Below are positions 1-6,959 of a DNA stretch of 20,000 nucleotides, one piece after another. The stretch is taken from the IMG/VR virus record IMGVR_UViG_3300032677_000021. One strand, 5' to 3'. This stretch comes from an uncultured virus (IMG/VR IMGVR_UViG_3300032677_000021). Its lineage: Duplodnaviria > Heunggongvirae > Uroviricota > Caudoviricetes. Under the pieces are notes generated by a model. That model was given only the letters and a program-made list of their open reading frames with translations, was not told the origin of the DNA and did not search any database. Made by a program: the position numbers and the translations under genes. Every line of letters starts with the position of its first letter. Within the stretch, counting starts at the first letter, position 1.

Positions 1-553
1 AAGCACGTCCTCCAAAAGTTTTGAGTCGTGCTCCGGCAGGTCTAACGGTTGATACGTCCCACTTGGGAATTTCTCCGGCGTATAAGTGTGCGATGAGAAG
101 ACGCAATGACTTGGCCCATCCTTCCTTAGAGTCGTGGACAATAATTGTCCCCCCAGATTCATAGAGCTTTTCTGGCACTTCGGGCAATTTATTAATATAT
201 TTAGATTCAACCGAGAAGCCCACGCCAGTTCCGCACAACAAGATAAACATAGCTTCGTCGAACGACTTAACATCATCGACAGGTAAATACGAACAGTTGT
301 AAACGCATGTGTTATCACGATCTGCACTCTTTCCAGCCGTCATCATGGCTCGCATGGACGGCATTAGTTCTAGGTTCTTGATTGCGGTGAATAGCTCTTC
401 TTTTAACGCAGAATCTGCGGTGATTGCTGGTGTACGGCTAAAAATATAGTCTACAAAACGGCCTACTGTTTCATCCCAAGTCTCTCTACGACCTTTGTCG
501 TCTTGGTAACGGGCATATCTACTCATTCCGATATATTCTTGATAGCTATCCAT
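1..553 (-). CDS. nrdJ: Class II (adenosylcobalamin-dependent) ribonucleotide reductase, monomeric RTPR type; 3' part runs off the window
   Basis: Manual translation from ATG at 553: MDSYQEYIGMSRYARYQDDKGRRETWDETVGRF...LMPSMRAMMTAG...VYNCSYLPVDD...MFILLCGTGVGFSVE...DSKEGWA...VRPAGARLKTFGGRA; these are characteristic NrdJ motifs. Absent from the ORF track because it is truncated. Confidence 0.93.
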   Translation of the reverse strand, partial: MDSYQEYIGMSRYARYQDDKGRRETWDETVGRFVDYIFSRTPAITADSALKEELFTAIKNLELMPSMRAMMTAGKSADRDNTCVYNCSYLPVDDVKSFDEAMFILLCGTGVGFSVESKYINKLPEVPEKLYESGGTIIVHDSKEGWAKSLRLLIAHLYAGEIPKWDVSTVRPAGARLKTFGGRA

Positions 554-569
554 CTCGTTATATTTTTTA

Positions 570-992
570 TTACTCATTCACCATTCTCCACATAGTCATT
601 GCGTTTTTGTTTTTATCACCACCCATAATCCATGCTGTATTTTGAGGACCATAACCCATTTGTTTTAGAGCTTTTACCATGGAAACAACTTCCTCAGAAA
701 ACTTTTTAGGATACGACCATTTTTCTGTTTGTTGCTTATTAAAAACGGGTTGTATCTTTTGAATTAACTTAGATTCTAGATTTTCAGCTTCGGTATTTGT
801 CAGCCCTTTATGTAGTATTGTTACAATGTCAAATAAAGTATATCCATTATCTAAAAAATGATTCAAATACTTTGTGTATTCAGGATCCCTATTATTTCGT
901 CGGCACAGCCAAGCCCTTTCGTAAGACCCTTTACCGATATATAAAATCTCTCCGGTTTCAGGATCAGCATGTTGGTATACATAATACTTCAT
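570..992 (-). CDS. GIY-YIG family endonuclease (free-standing, homing-endonuclease-like)
   Basis: YYVY..x11..YIGKG..R motif, later E(SKLI)..PVFN; short C-terminal helical tail; AT-rich relative to flanks; sits directly upstream of nrdJ. Confidence 0.8.
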   Translation of the reverse strand: MKYYVYQHADPETGEILYIGKGSYERAWLCRRNNRDPEYTKYLNHFLDNGYTLFDIVTILHKGLTNTEAENLESKLIQKIQPVFNKQQTEKWSYPKKFSEEVVSMVKALKQMGYGPQNTAWIMGGDKNKNAMTMWRMVNE

Positions 993-1026
993 GGTGTCTT
1001 TCTTATTATTGGTTGGTCATAAGGGC

Positions 1027-1057
1027 AAAAAAGCCCGACGCAGTTTCTACGCCGGGC
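1027..1057 (-). terminator. Rho-independent terminator after the SSB gene
   Basis: Minus strand GCCCGGCGTAG-AAA-CTGCGTCGGGC (11-bp stem, two G-U pairs) followed by TTTTTT. Confidence 0.85.
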
Positions 1058-1079
1058 CGCCCACTTCTATGGGTACTAC

Positions 1080-1598
1080 TTAGATAGCAAAGTCTGCAGC
1101 GGCAGATGTTGCACCGCCTAACTTTTCTCCATCTTCTAACTTCTGGACGTTATTCAAACCACATGCAATGCCTTTAGAGCCTTGTGCGTTGTATGGGTAG
1201 AACGTAATCGAAGCACGGCCATAGCAGCCACTGTAGAACTCATTCATGTCCATGATTGGGTTCAAGTCAGCGTCTACAACGCCAGGCTTTTGTGCTGAGT
1301 TTGCATTGATAAAGTAAGAGCCTGCGTATGCTGGATCGTCTTTCTCTTCGTCGCCGTCACGTAAGCCACCTTTAAGACCTTTAGGCACTGAACCACCAAA
1401 GTAAGCAGCTGCGCCAGCCTTAGTGTCTTCGTATGCCTTTTGAATCTTGGCAATGGTTTCCTTGTCAGACTTAGGAATGATGATTGATACTGAATACTTT
1501 GGTGTACCACCCTCTACTGATGCTTTTGGTTGGAACACGTTAGCGTATGAGAAACGAACTTTACCAGTTACGATTTTTACTTTAGCTGCTTGAGTCAT
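1080..1598 (-). CDS. Phage single-stranded DNA-binding protein, DUF2815 family (T7 gp2.5-like fold)
   Basis: VRFSYANVFQP..KYSVSIIIPKSD..LRDGDEE..YFINANS..PGVVD..FYSGCYGRASITFYPYN..KGIACGLNNVQKLEDGEKLGG..ADF; next to DUF2800 as usual. Confidence 0.9.
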   Translation of the reverse strand: MTQAAKVKIVTGKVRFSYANVFQPKASVEGGTPKYSVSIIIPKSDKETIAKIQKAYEDTKAGAAAYFGGSVPKGLKGGLRDGDEEKDDPAYAGSYFINANSAQKPGVVDADLNPIMDMNEFYSGCYGRASITFYPYNAQGSKGIACGLNNVQKLEDGEKLGGATSAAADFAI

Positions 1599-1666
1599 AT
1601 ATTACCTTTTTAACATTAGTACTGGACTTCAATAGGTGCCAGCACGTCTAACCTTTTACTGATGTT

Positions 1667-1677
1667 ACTAATACGCA
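1667..1677 (-). promoter_or_regulatory. Putative phage promoter motif TGCGTATTAGT, copy 1 (upstream of SSB)
   Basis: Exact 11-mer (+ strand ACTAATACGCA) recurring at 1667, 3294, 5200 and 6964, always the same orientation and at gene boundaries. Confidence 0.7.
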
Positions 1678-1712
1678 AATCTACTGCTTTAAATTTCACA
1701 ATGTGAGAAAGT

Positions 1713-1970
1713 TTAAGCGTCGTACAAAATGCCCAACTTCTCCATTGCGTGCTTCATTGCTAGAGCCTTGATAAAGTCTGAACGGTATTCAAACTCTTCT
1801 AATAAATCCGGCTCTTCGCCAATAACGTCAACTACTTCGTAGATTGCGGCTCTTAATTGCTCCACACCCTCTCTGTGCCTGCTTCCCGGTAGAACTTCAA
1901 AATCAGATAAATACTTATTTACCAATATGTCCGGAACTTCAAACTCCGAACCATAACATTCTACCATCAT
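1713..1970 (-). CDS. Hypothetical protein (85 aa)
   Basis: 3' part of track ORF 1713..2135; start reassigned to ATG at 1970 behind GAGG, which leaves room for the gene at 1982..2131. Confidence 0.7.
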   Translation of the reverse strand: MMVECYGSEFEVPDILVNKYLSDFEVLPGSRHREGVEQLRAAIYEVVDVIGEEPDLLEEFEYRSDFIKALAMKHAMEKLGILYDA

Positions 1971-1981
1971 AGGCGCCTCTT

Positions 1982-2131
1982 TTATAATTGTAATGTCACC
2001 ATAACCAGACCCACATTTCCAAGGGCGTACCCTAAAAATGAGATCCCCATGCCTACTTGGCCTTTCATAAAAAATTGAATTGCTACAAACATATACACAC
2101 AACCAATAAAACCAATCAACCATGCGTTCAT
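1982..2131 (-). CDS. Small membrane protein (49 aa)
   Basis: MNAWLIGFIGCVYMFVAIQFFMKGQVGMGISFLGYALGNVGLVMVTLQL; ATGA overlap with DUF2800 stop; two hydrophobic segments; below track cutoff. Confidence 0.7.
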   Translation of the reverse strand: MNAWLIGFIGCVYMFVAIQFFMKGQVGMGISFLGYALGNVGLVMVTLQL

Positions 2132-3261
2132 GCAAAGTCCTCCTTAGCGTCTTCTTTGGCCTTAACTAGCTTTGGCGAACCTTCTGGGCGTTGGATTAGC
2201 GCCCCTAGCCAAGCTGTTACTTGCCCTTTTGGTCCTAGCTTTTCCAGAGCTGCTATGGATTTGAGCTTAGGTGGTTCCCATATAGCTTGTGGGTCCATAC
2301 CCTTTTCAACTAAGACCGTAGCGGCCATTGCTGAGTCTGAAATCTTACGGTGTGTTGTCGTCGTTGCTAGCTTGTATCCAGAGGGTACAATGTTCTTTTC
2401 TACTGCTCGGTTTAGTGCAAACTCTTCTACGTCATTGACCCAAGTACGTAGCTGCTGCGCCTTAACTAAGACTTGACTGACTTCTTCTTCGTCGAGGAGC
2501 GGGGCTTCTTTGAACTCGAGCTTGGCGAGCTCGGTGTTGAAGTCGCTGCGGGCGCGGCACGTCGCTTTGGCGCGGCAGAACTGGCACCACTCACCTGGGA
2601 GGAACTCCCCGCTGCCTGCCCACGCTTTCTTGGCTTTGGGTTTGACGTAGTAGTTTGCCCAATCGAGCAACTTACTGATGCTTGTCCCGTCGGTACTGAT
2701 AGAGTCAAGCCTTGGTTGGTGAATGGTGTAGCTGACTTCCTTGATTTCTGGCCATTCTTCTTTGAACTTAGCGTATGCTCCGAGGGCATAGAGGCGGAGC
2801 TGAGTGTTATCTTGCGCGTGAACGGGCACTCCTTTTCCAAACTTAAGGTCGATGACTCGAATGGAGTGCTTAGAAAGTATAACCACATCGGCCGTACCAA
2901 AGCCGTCAGGAACCCAGTCACTGAAGTCGACACGCTGTTCAAAAAGCGGCGTGTCCCCTTCACCAATTTGAGAACGAACGTACAGTACATAATTGTCAAC
3001 GTGAGCTTCAAAATCTTCATTGAAATAAGGTGTGTTTCTAATGATCTCGTATTCTTTTTCATACTCTTCAATTCCTATCTGTCCAAAATAATGTCGTAGT
3101 TTAATCTCTCCAAGGGAGTGGGCCATAGTGCCTTCTTGACTGAAGTCAAAAGAACCTGCGGCGCGTTTTTGTTCTGGGAGTGTTGCCTCTAATCTAGCTG
3201 ACGGTGTACAGGATAGCCATCGTTTGGATCCTGATGCAGATAGTATGGCGTGTGCGGTCAT
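2128..3261 (-). CDS. DUF2800 family PD-(D/E)xK (Cas4-like) nuclease
   Basis: HAILSASGSKRWLSCTPS..EGTMAH..EQRVDFS..GFGTAD..VIDLKFGKG..NTQLRLYALGA..IHQPRL..GEWCQFCRAKATCRAR. Confidence 0.9.
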   Translation of the reverse strand: MTAHAILSASGSKRWLSCTPSARLEATLPEQKRAAGSFDFSQEGTMAHSLGEIKLRHYFGQIGIEEYEKEYEIIRNTPYFNEDFEAHVDNYVLYVRSQIGEGDTPLFEQRVDFSDWVPDGFGTADVVILSKHSIRVIDLKFGKGVPVHAQDNTQLRLYALGAYAKFKEEWPEIKEVSYTIHQPRLDSISTDGTSISKLLDWANYYVKPKAKKAWAGSGEFLPGEWCQFCRAKATCRARSDFNTELAKLEFKEAPLLDEEEVSQVLVKAQQLRTWVNDVEEFALNRAVEKNIVPSGYKLATTTTHRKISDSAMAATVLVEKGMDPQAIWEPPKLKSIAALEKLGPKGQVTAWLGALIQRPEGSPKLVKAKEDAKEDFA

Positions 3262-3293
3262 ATTATTCTCTTATTCGGGTTAATCGTATATTT

Positions 3294-3304
3294 ACTAATA
3301 CGCA
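3294..3304 (-). promoter_or_regulatory. Putative phage promoter motif TGCGTATTAGT, copy 2 (upstream of DUF2800)
   Basis: Exact 11-mer; shares 14 nt (ATTTGCGTATTAGT) with copy 1. Confidence 0.7.
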
Positions 3305-3307
3305 AAT

Positions 3308-3709
3308 TCAGTCATTTTGCGCAGTATATTTTTTAATATATTCTTGGGCGGATTCTAAATTTTCTAGTGATTCTTTAAAGTGCCCCAAACCGGAGTTGCA
3401 GTGTGTGCAAAGTATTCCACGCACAGCCAACGTAGTGTGGTCATGGTCTACGCAAGGGTTTTTGTCTGGCACAAACGGCAGCTTACAAATCTCGCAGGCG
3501 TTTCCTTGATCGGCTATCTTTTGGCGATACTCTTCAGAAGTAATGCCGTAGTTGTTCATCCGCATTCTATCCAAGCGTCTGTCCCGGTTGTCCTTGTAGT
3601 CTTGATTCTTACAGGAACGACACCAACTTTGCAGTCCGTCTTTTGAGTTTTTGCTTTTACTAAACTGGATAAGCGGCTGTGTTTCGTCGCATTTAGAGCA
3701 CTTCTTCAT
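3308..3709 (-). CDS. Endonuclease VII family protein with N-terminal Zn-finger (homing-endonuclease-like)
   Basis: CSKC..CRSC N-terminus; YGIT.EEY..QGNACEIC..VDHDH..VRGILCTHCNSGLGHFKES. Confidence 0.88.
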   Translation of the reverse strand: MKKCSKCDETQPLIQFSKSKNSKDGLQSWCRSCKNQDYKDNRDRRLDRMRMNNYGITSEEYRQKIADQGNACEICKLPFVPDKNPCVDHDHTTLAVRGILCTHCNSGLGHFKESLENLESAQEYIKKYTAQND

Positions 3710-3715
3710 GGAACC

Positions 3716-3772
3716 CTCACTGGTTATTTGGTGGGTAGCCAGTGAGTGAGCACTGGCAGGGCCGCTAAGCCG
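3716..3772 (-). promoter_or_regulatory. Structured leader overlapping the RBS of the endonuclease VII gene
   Basis: Hairpin GCCAGTG-CTCACT-CACTGGC (3757..3738); its loop CTCACT, or alternatively CTCACTGG, is complementary to (CC)AGTGAG at 3723..3716, which overlaps the GAGG Shine-Dalgarno. Confidence 0.55.
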
Positions 3773-3787
3773 ATTCCCCTTTGAGTT

Positions 3788-4177
3788 TTATGTGTTAAGT
3801 TTTGCTATTAAATCAGAAACTTCTTTGTCGTAGTCCACTACGATTTCTTGCTTAATGTTTGCTTTGATCTCTTGACGGTCTTTGTAATCGTCTGGGTATT
3901 GTCCACGTAGGGCGATCTCGGCTACGCGGCTATTAAAACCCCGGTTGTCAATGTTGGCAAGCATCATGTTTTCCCAGTACGCTTGGCCGTAGGTAGTGGC
4001 CATTGACATGGTTTCAACAAAGAACTCGTCGTCTTTTTTCCACTTTGCCGCGGTGTCTTTGCTGATATGAATTGCTGCGTACATCGCCTTTTGGGACGCG
4101 CCTTGTTTACCCAGTTCTAAAATGGTCTCAGCCATCTCTGGGGTAAATACTTTTTTGGTTGGTTTTTTAGCTGCCAC
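3788..4177 (-). CDS. Terminase small subunit-like / HTH DNA-packaging-type protein
   Basis: FTPEMAETILELGKQGASQKAM..IHISKDTAAKWKK..EF..A..GQAYWE pattern resembles TerS HTH proteins; GTG start overlapping upstream gene. Confidence 0.55.
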   Translation of the reverse strand: MAAKKPTKKVFTPEMAETILELGKQGASQKAMYAAIHISKDTAAKWKKDDEFFVETMSMATTYGQAYWENMMLANIDNRGFNSRVAEIALRGQYPDDYKDRQEIKANIKQEIVVDYDKEVSDLIAKLNT

Positions 4178-4433
4178 ACTTCCACCTTTTTAATGCCGCT
4201 GCTTTGCGGGTTGGTTTTCCACTTTCGTCCTTCATAGGACCTTTTACGCCACTCATACGAGCGCAGAATGAATCTTTACGAGAGCCACCCTCTGGTTGGG
4301 GTGCCTTTAAATTTGAGCCAGTAGCCGCGTTATACTTAGCACGACCTTTGGCGGTAAGCCCAGCACCTTGCGATGCTGGTAGCTTTTCACCACGACCAAT
4401 AGCTAGGGATACAGACTTCTTTTTAGTTGCCAT
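4167..4433 (-). CDS. Small basic conserved phage protein (DUF6321-like)
   Basis: GLTAKGRAKYN..TGSNLKAP..RKDSFCARM.G..KPTRKAAALKRWKC motif. Confidence 0.7.
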   Translation of the reverse strand: MATKKKSVSLAIGRGEKLPASQGAGLTAKGRAKYNAATGSNLKAPQPEGGSRKDSFCARMSGVKGPMKDESGKPTRKAAALKRWKCGS

Positions 4434-4585
4434 TATTTGTTCTTAGCTGTCTTTGCAGCCTCTTTAAATTGTTTTGCTGTAGGGGCGCCTTTGGTACCCG
4501 GCTTGCGCATCTTTTCGCCTGAGCCAGCTTTAATGCGCTCTTGCTTAGCGTGGATGTTTGCGTATAAACCGGGTTTAGTTGCCAT
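4433..4585 (-). CDS. Small basic phage protein (50 aa)
   Basis: MATKPGLYANIHAKQERIKAGSGEKMRKPGTKGAPTAKQFKEAAKTAKNK; TAATG overlap with next gene; below track cutoff. Confidence 0.8.
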   Translation of the reverse strand: MATKPGLYANIHAKQERIKAGSGEKMRKPGTKGAPTAKQFKEAAKTAKNK

Positions 4586-4660
4586 TTTTGTTACTTAATG
4601 TATAGTTATGTGTATAGTTGTTGACAAAAAGTATATGTATCAACAGTTTTGTTGACATTT

Positions 4661-4736
4661 TTGTAAAGTTTTGCAGGCTAATTGTAAAGTTAAAAAGCAG
4701 TGATTGTAAAGTTAAAAAGCAGTGATTGTAAAGTTA
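4661..4736. repeat. Tandem repeat, 22-bp unit ATTGTAAAGTTAAAAAGCAGTG, four TTGTAAAGTT cores
   Basis: Cores at 4661, 4682, 4704 and 4726; two full identical units at 4681 and 4703; AT-rich non-coding context. Confidence 0.9.
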
Positions 4737-4838
4737 TTGACATTGGGCAGGAAATCCCAATCTTGGAGTTGGTTACCTGTGGGTCTGGTGATATTAAGTG
4801 CCGATGCCTCCGGTCACACCTTGCCTAATCTCAAAAAT

Positions 4839-5084
4839 TTAAAAGCCTGTTACTTTCTTTGCAGCTTTTACTAACTCTTTTTCAGTGCTCTCGCTGACGA
4901 ACTTATTGATCTGCATTGCTGCGTCAATGATTTCGGTCATTGTAGGGAACTTTGGAGCTGCTTCAGCTAATTGTTTGGATGTCTTGTCCATTAGATCCCA
5001 CGCAGCCATCTGGGCTTTGTAGGTGTTCTCTAATAGCTCTTTTGCTTGGTAAAACGCTGCATAGCGCAATTCGAATGGGTTCAT
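4839..5084 (-). CDS. Conserved hypothetical phage protein (81 aa)
   Basis: MNPFELR..AKELL..PKFPTMTEIIDAA..INKFVS; clean ORF behind a structured, CA-rich leader. Confidence 0.75.
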   Translation of the reverse strand: MNPFELRYAAFYQAKELLENTYKAQMAAWDLMDKTSKQLAEAAPKFPTMTEIIDAAMQINKFVSESTEKELVKAAKKVTGF

Positions 5085-5096
5085 TTTGTTTCTTTC

Positions 5097-5195
5097 TGTG
5101 TGTGTGATGTGTGTAAGGGTGCTGGTCTTTCCCAGCGGTCAGGAGTCCAGTCACCTCTCGCTTACTGGTTCGGAGCGCTTCACAGCGTGTCCTAT
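5097..5195 (-). promoter_or_regulatory. Putative structured 5' leader RNA
   Basis: Three consecutive hairpins: CGCT-GTGA-AGCG (GNRA loop, 5187..5176), CCAGT..ACTGG (5168..5147), GCTGG-GAAAGA-CCAGC (5136..5121), then a CA-repeat tract (5114..5097). Confidence 0.45.
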
Positions 5196-5199
5196 ATTA

Positions 5200-5210
5200 A
5201 CTAATACGCA
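5200..5210 (-). promoter_or_regulatory. Putative phage promoter motif TGCGTATTAGT, copy 3
   Basis: Exact 11-mer in intergenic DNA just after the stop at 5229. Confidence 0.7.
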
Positions 5211-5228
5211 TTTTCGTACTAAATCGCC

Positions 5229-5471
5229 CTAGTCTGGAATAATGATCTTGCGGACTGGCTTTTCTTTCGCCTTTTGTTCCTGCTCTATCATCTTGCGAAA
5301 GGTTGGCATCATTTCGTTGACAATGCCCTTAGTCATTGCTTCTGCCAGCATACGGTGCTCCATCTCTTGCTCTGCTGTTGTCTTTCGTGTCTTTTCGTCC
5401 ACGTTGTCTGCAATCTTGGTGCTGAACTTACGATGCTTTAAAAATTGCCGGATAAAATTATCATCACTCAT
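5229..5471 (-). CDS. Hypothetical protein
   Basis: ORF track; coupled to upstream gene; charged helical sequence. Confidence 0.75.
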   Translation of the reverse strand: MSDDNFIRQFLKHRKFSTKIADNVDEKTRKTTAEQEMEHRMLAEAMTKGIVNEMMPTFRKMIEQEQKAKEKPVRKIIIPD

Positions 5472-5682
5472 CTTTAATCGCCTTTAATGCTGCCTCCATG
5501 CTGGCCTTGGCCTTTTGAAACTGAGGGCCAACTTGTGCGTGGATCGAGTTAATTGGGCCGTATGCGTACTCGTACGGGGCTTTAGATAGTGTAACTAGCA
5601 TTGCGTTGATTTCACGAATAGTGTACTCTAATGTTACTACTACATCATCTAATGGGTCCGGTTGTTTTACTTCGTCTGTCAT
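5464..5682 (-). CDS. Hypothetical protein
   Basis: ORF track; ATGA overlap with upstream gene. Confidence 0.75.
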   Translation of the reverse strand: MTDEVKQPDPLDDVVVTLEYTIREINAMLVTLSKAPYEYAYGPINSIHAQVGPQFQKAKASMEAALKAIKDE

Positions 5683-5975
5683 TTCTTTTTACCTTTTTGT
5701 TTAATTGGAAAATCGGGATACATCAGTCTTTCTCTTGCTGCTAATTTTTCTGGATCAACACAATACTGGTTTAACTCAAACTTTTGACAGTATGTGTCCA
5801 TCAACTTCTCCATACGCATCTCATGAAGTGCCTTGATACCGAGCAGTGCATTTAATACATCGTCCTCGGTCATTGGTGTTGGATGGTCTCCGTAGTGCTT
5901 AAACAGCAATTCAATGTCGTCGGCTGTTTGCCACGCCGTCATGATGGCGGACTCTAAATCAATTCGTGTGTTCAT
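5679..5975 (-). CDS. Hypothetical protein
   Basis: ORF track; ATGA overlap with upstream gene. Confidence 0.75.
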   Translation of the reverse strand: MNTRIDLESAIMTAWQTADDIELLFKHYGDHPTPMTEDDVLNALLGIKALHEMRMEKLMDTYCQKFELNQYCVDPEKLAARERLMYPDFPIKQKGKKK

Positions 5976-6193
5976 TTCTTTTTCTTTCTGGCAGCCTTTA
6001 CTTTGCCCTCAAAATCAAAACAGTACCATCTACCAACAATAATCAACGCAGGAAGGAGTTCTTTCCATGCTTCAACGTCATCTTCATGCCATTTGTTGGA
6101 CTGCTTTAAGCTCTCACTTATGCTGACATAGCTGTCAATAAGACTTTTACCAATGAGCTCGTCTGCAAAGTCGTCGTCAATTTCAATCTTCAT
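5972..6193 (-). CDS. Hypothetical protein
   Basis: Track ORF 5972..6202; start moved to ATG at 6193 (ATGA overlap with DUF3310 stop). Confidence 0.7.
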   Translation of the reverse strand: MKIEIDDDFADELIGKSLIDSYVSISESLKQSNKWHEDDVEAWKELLPALIIVGRWYCFDFEGKVKAARKKKK

Positions 6194-6480
6194 TTTCCAC
6201 AATCTCCTGTGCCAGTGTTAGGTGCGTTTGTAAAGCTGCCTGTGTAGTGTTGTATCGAGTCCTTGCGAACTTCTTTTGGGTTGACTCGCTTTTCAATCTC
6301 ACGCTGGATGTACCACATTGCCTTGCGTAAGTCCTCTACTGCGTCCTTCTTTAAGTCACAGCGCCAGATGTACTTGAGCGCGTTGCCAAGATTAAAACTC
6401 ATGTGCTCAGTGATCTGAATGCACTCAATGCCTGATGGGTGCTCTGTGTAGTGCTTAGGATGATTGACCGGATCTTGCAT
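6190..6480 (-). CDS. DUF3310 family protein (T7 gp1.7 / SaV-like)
   Basis: DPVNHPKHYT..GIECIQIT..FNLGNALKYIWR..K.DAVEDLRKAMWYI signature. Confidence 0.9.
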   Translation of the reverse strand: MQDPVNHPKHYTEHPSGIECIQITEHMSFNLGNALKYIWRCDLKKDAVEDLRKAMWYIQREIEKRVNPKEVRKDSIQHYTGSFTNAPNTGTGDCGK

Positions 6481-6646
6481 GCTTTCTCCTTAGTTCGTTT
6501 TCAACCGCTTCAATTTCTTCTGGTGTGTCACATACCCACAGTGTCTGAATGTTTTTAAACATAGTGGGGTCAATGTCTTCCACGCCTTGAACCGTGTCAA
6601 ACATTGCGTGACCGTTGTGTAAATGCTCTACAATAAACGTCGTCAT
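6455..6646 (-). CDS. Hypothetical protein
   Basis: ORF track; ATGA overlap with upstream gene. Confidence 0.7.
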   Translation of the reverse strand: MTTFIVEHLHNGHAMFDTVQGVEDIDPTMFKNIQTLWVCDTPEEIEAVENELRRKHARSGQSS

Positions 6647-6957
6647 AGCTTCAGTTCCTTTTTAATAAACTCCACACCCTTGTTAAAGTGATAGCGCCAG
6701 TACTTCTCCGTTATGTCCAAGTCGACGTGGTTTAGGCCCTCCAAAAAAGCAGTCATTACTTCACGCTCCTTCGGCGGGACCTTGGTGTTGATGAGGCGCT
6801 TAATGTCTGCCACGTCCTCAGCACTCCAGGGTAGGTAGGCCTCTACCAACTCAGTAGAAATACCGTCCCCGTCGTCTTGTTCGATTGGGTCTAGCTCCTC
6901 GTCGGACAGCCTCGGAGTCGCAGCGCTTACTTTGTGTCGGGTAAATGTTTTCTTCAT
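6643..6957 (-). CDS. Hypothetical protein with sigma70 region-4-like C-terminus
   Basis: Start moved to ATG at 6957, just after the helicase stop; IKRLINTKVPPKEREVMTAFLEGLNHVDLDITEKYWRYHFNKGVEFIKKEL resembles the L.P.ER.V....EG.S....GIS..TV..H..RA...L pattern, with a shortened HTH first helix. The ORF is likely real; the domain call is tentative. Confidence 0.5.
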   Translation of the reverse strand: MKKTFTRHKVSAATPRLSDEELDPIEQDDGDGISTELVEAYLPWSAEDVADIKRLINTKVPPKEREVMTAFLEGLNHVDLDITEKYWRYHFNKGVEFIKKELKL

Positions 6958-6959
6958 AG

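Noticed and set aside
554..1026. Group I intron carrying the GIY-YIG gene inside nrdJ
   Set aside because: nrdJ has its own intact N-terminus at 553 and there is no room for intron core structure; the nuclease is free-standing.
1694..1710. TCACA-A-TGTGA palindrome as a CRP site
   Set aside because: Half-sites are in the wrong order and spacing for CRP (TGTGA-N6-TCACA); single occurrence.
2128..3261. cas4 as evidence of a CRISPR-Cas system
   Set aside because: DUF2800 is a Cas4-like phage replication/recombination nuclease in its usual context next to DUF2815.
4661..4736. Mini CRISPR array
   Set aside because: Units are only 21-22 bp and the intervening sequences are identical rather than unique spacers; no cas operon.
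4745..5195. tRNA genes in the intergenic gaps
   Set aside because: No cloverleaf with a TTCRA T-loop and matching acceptor stem could be built.
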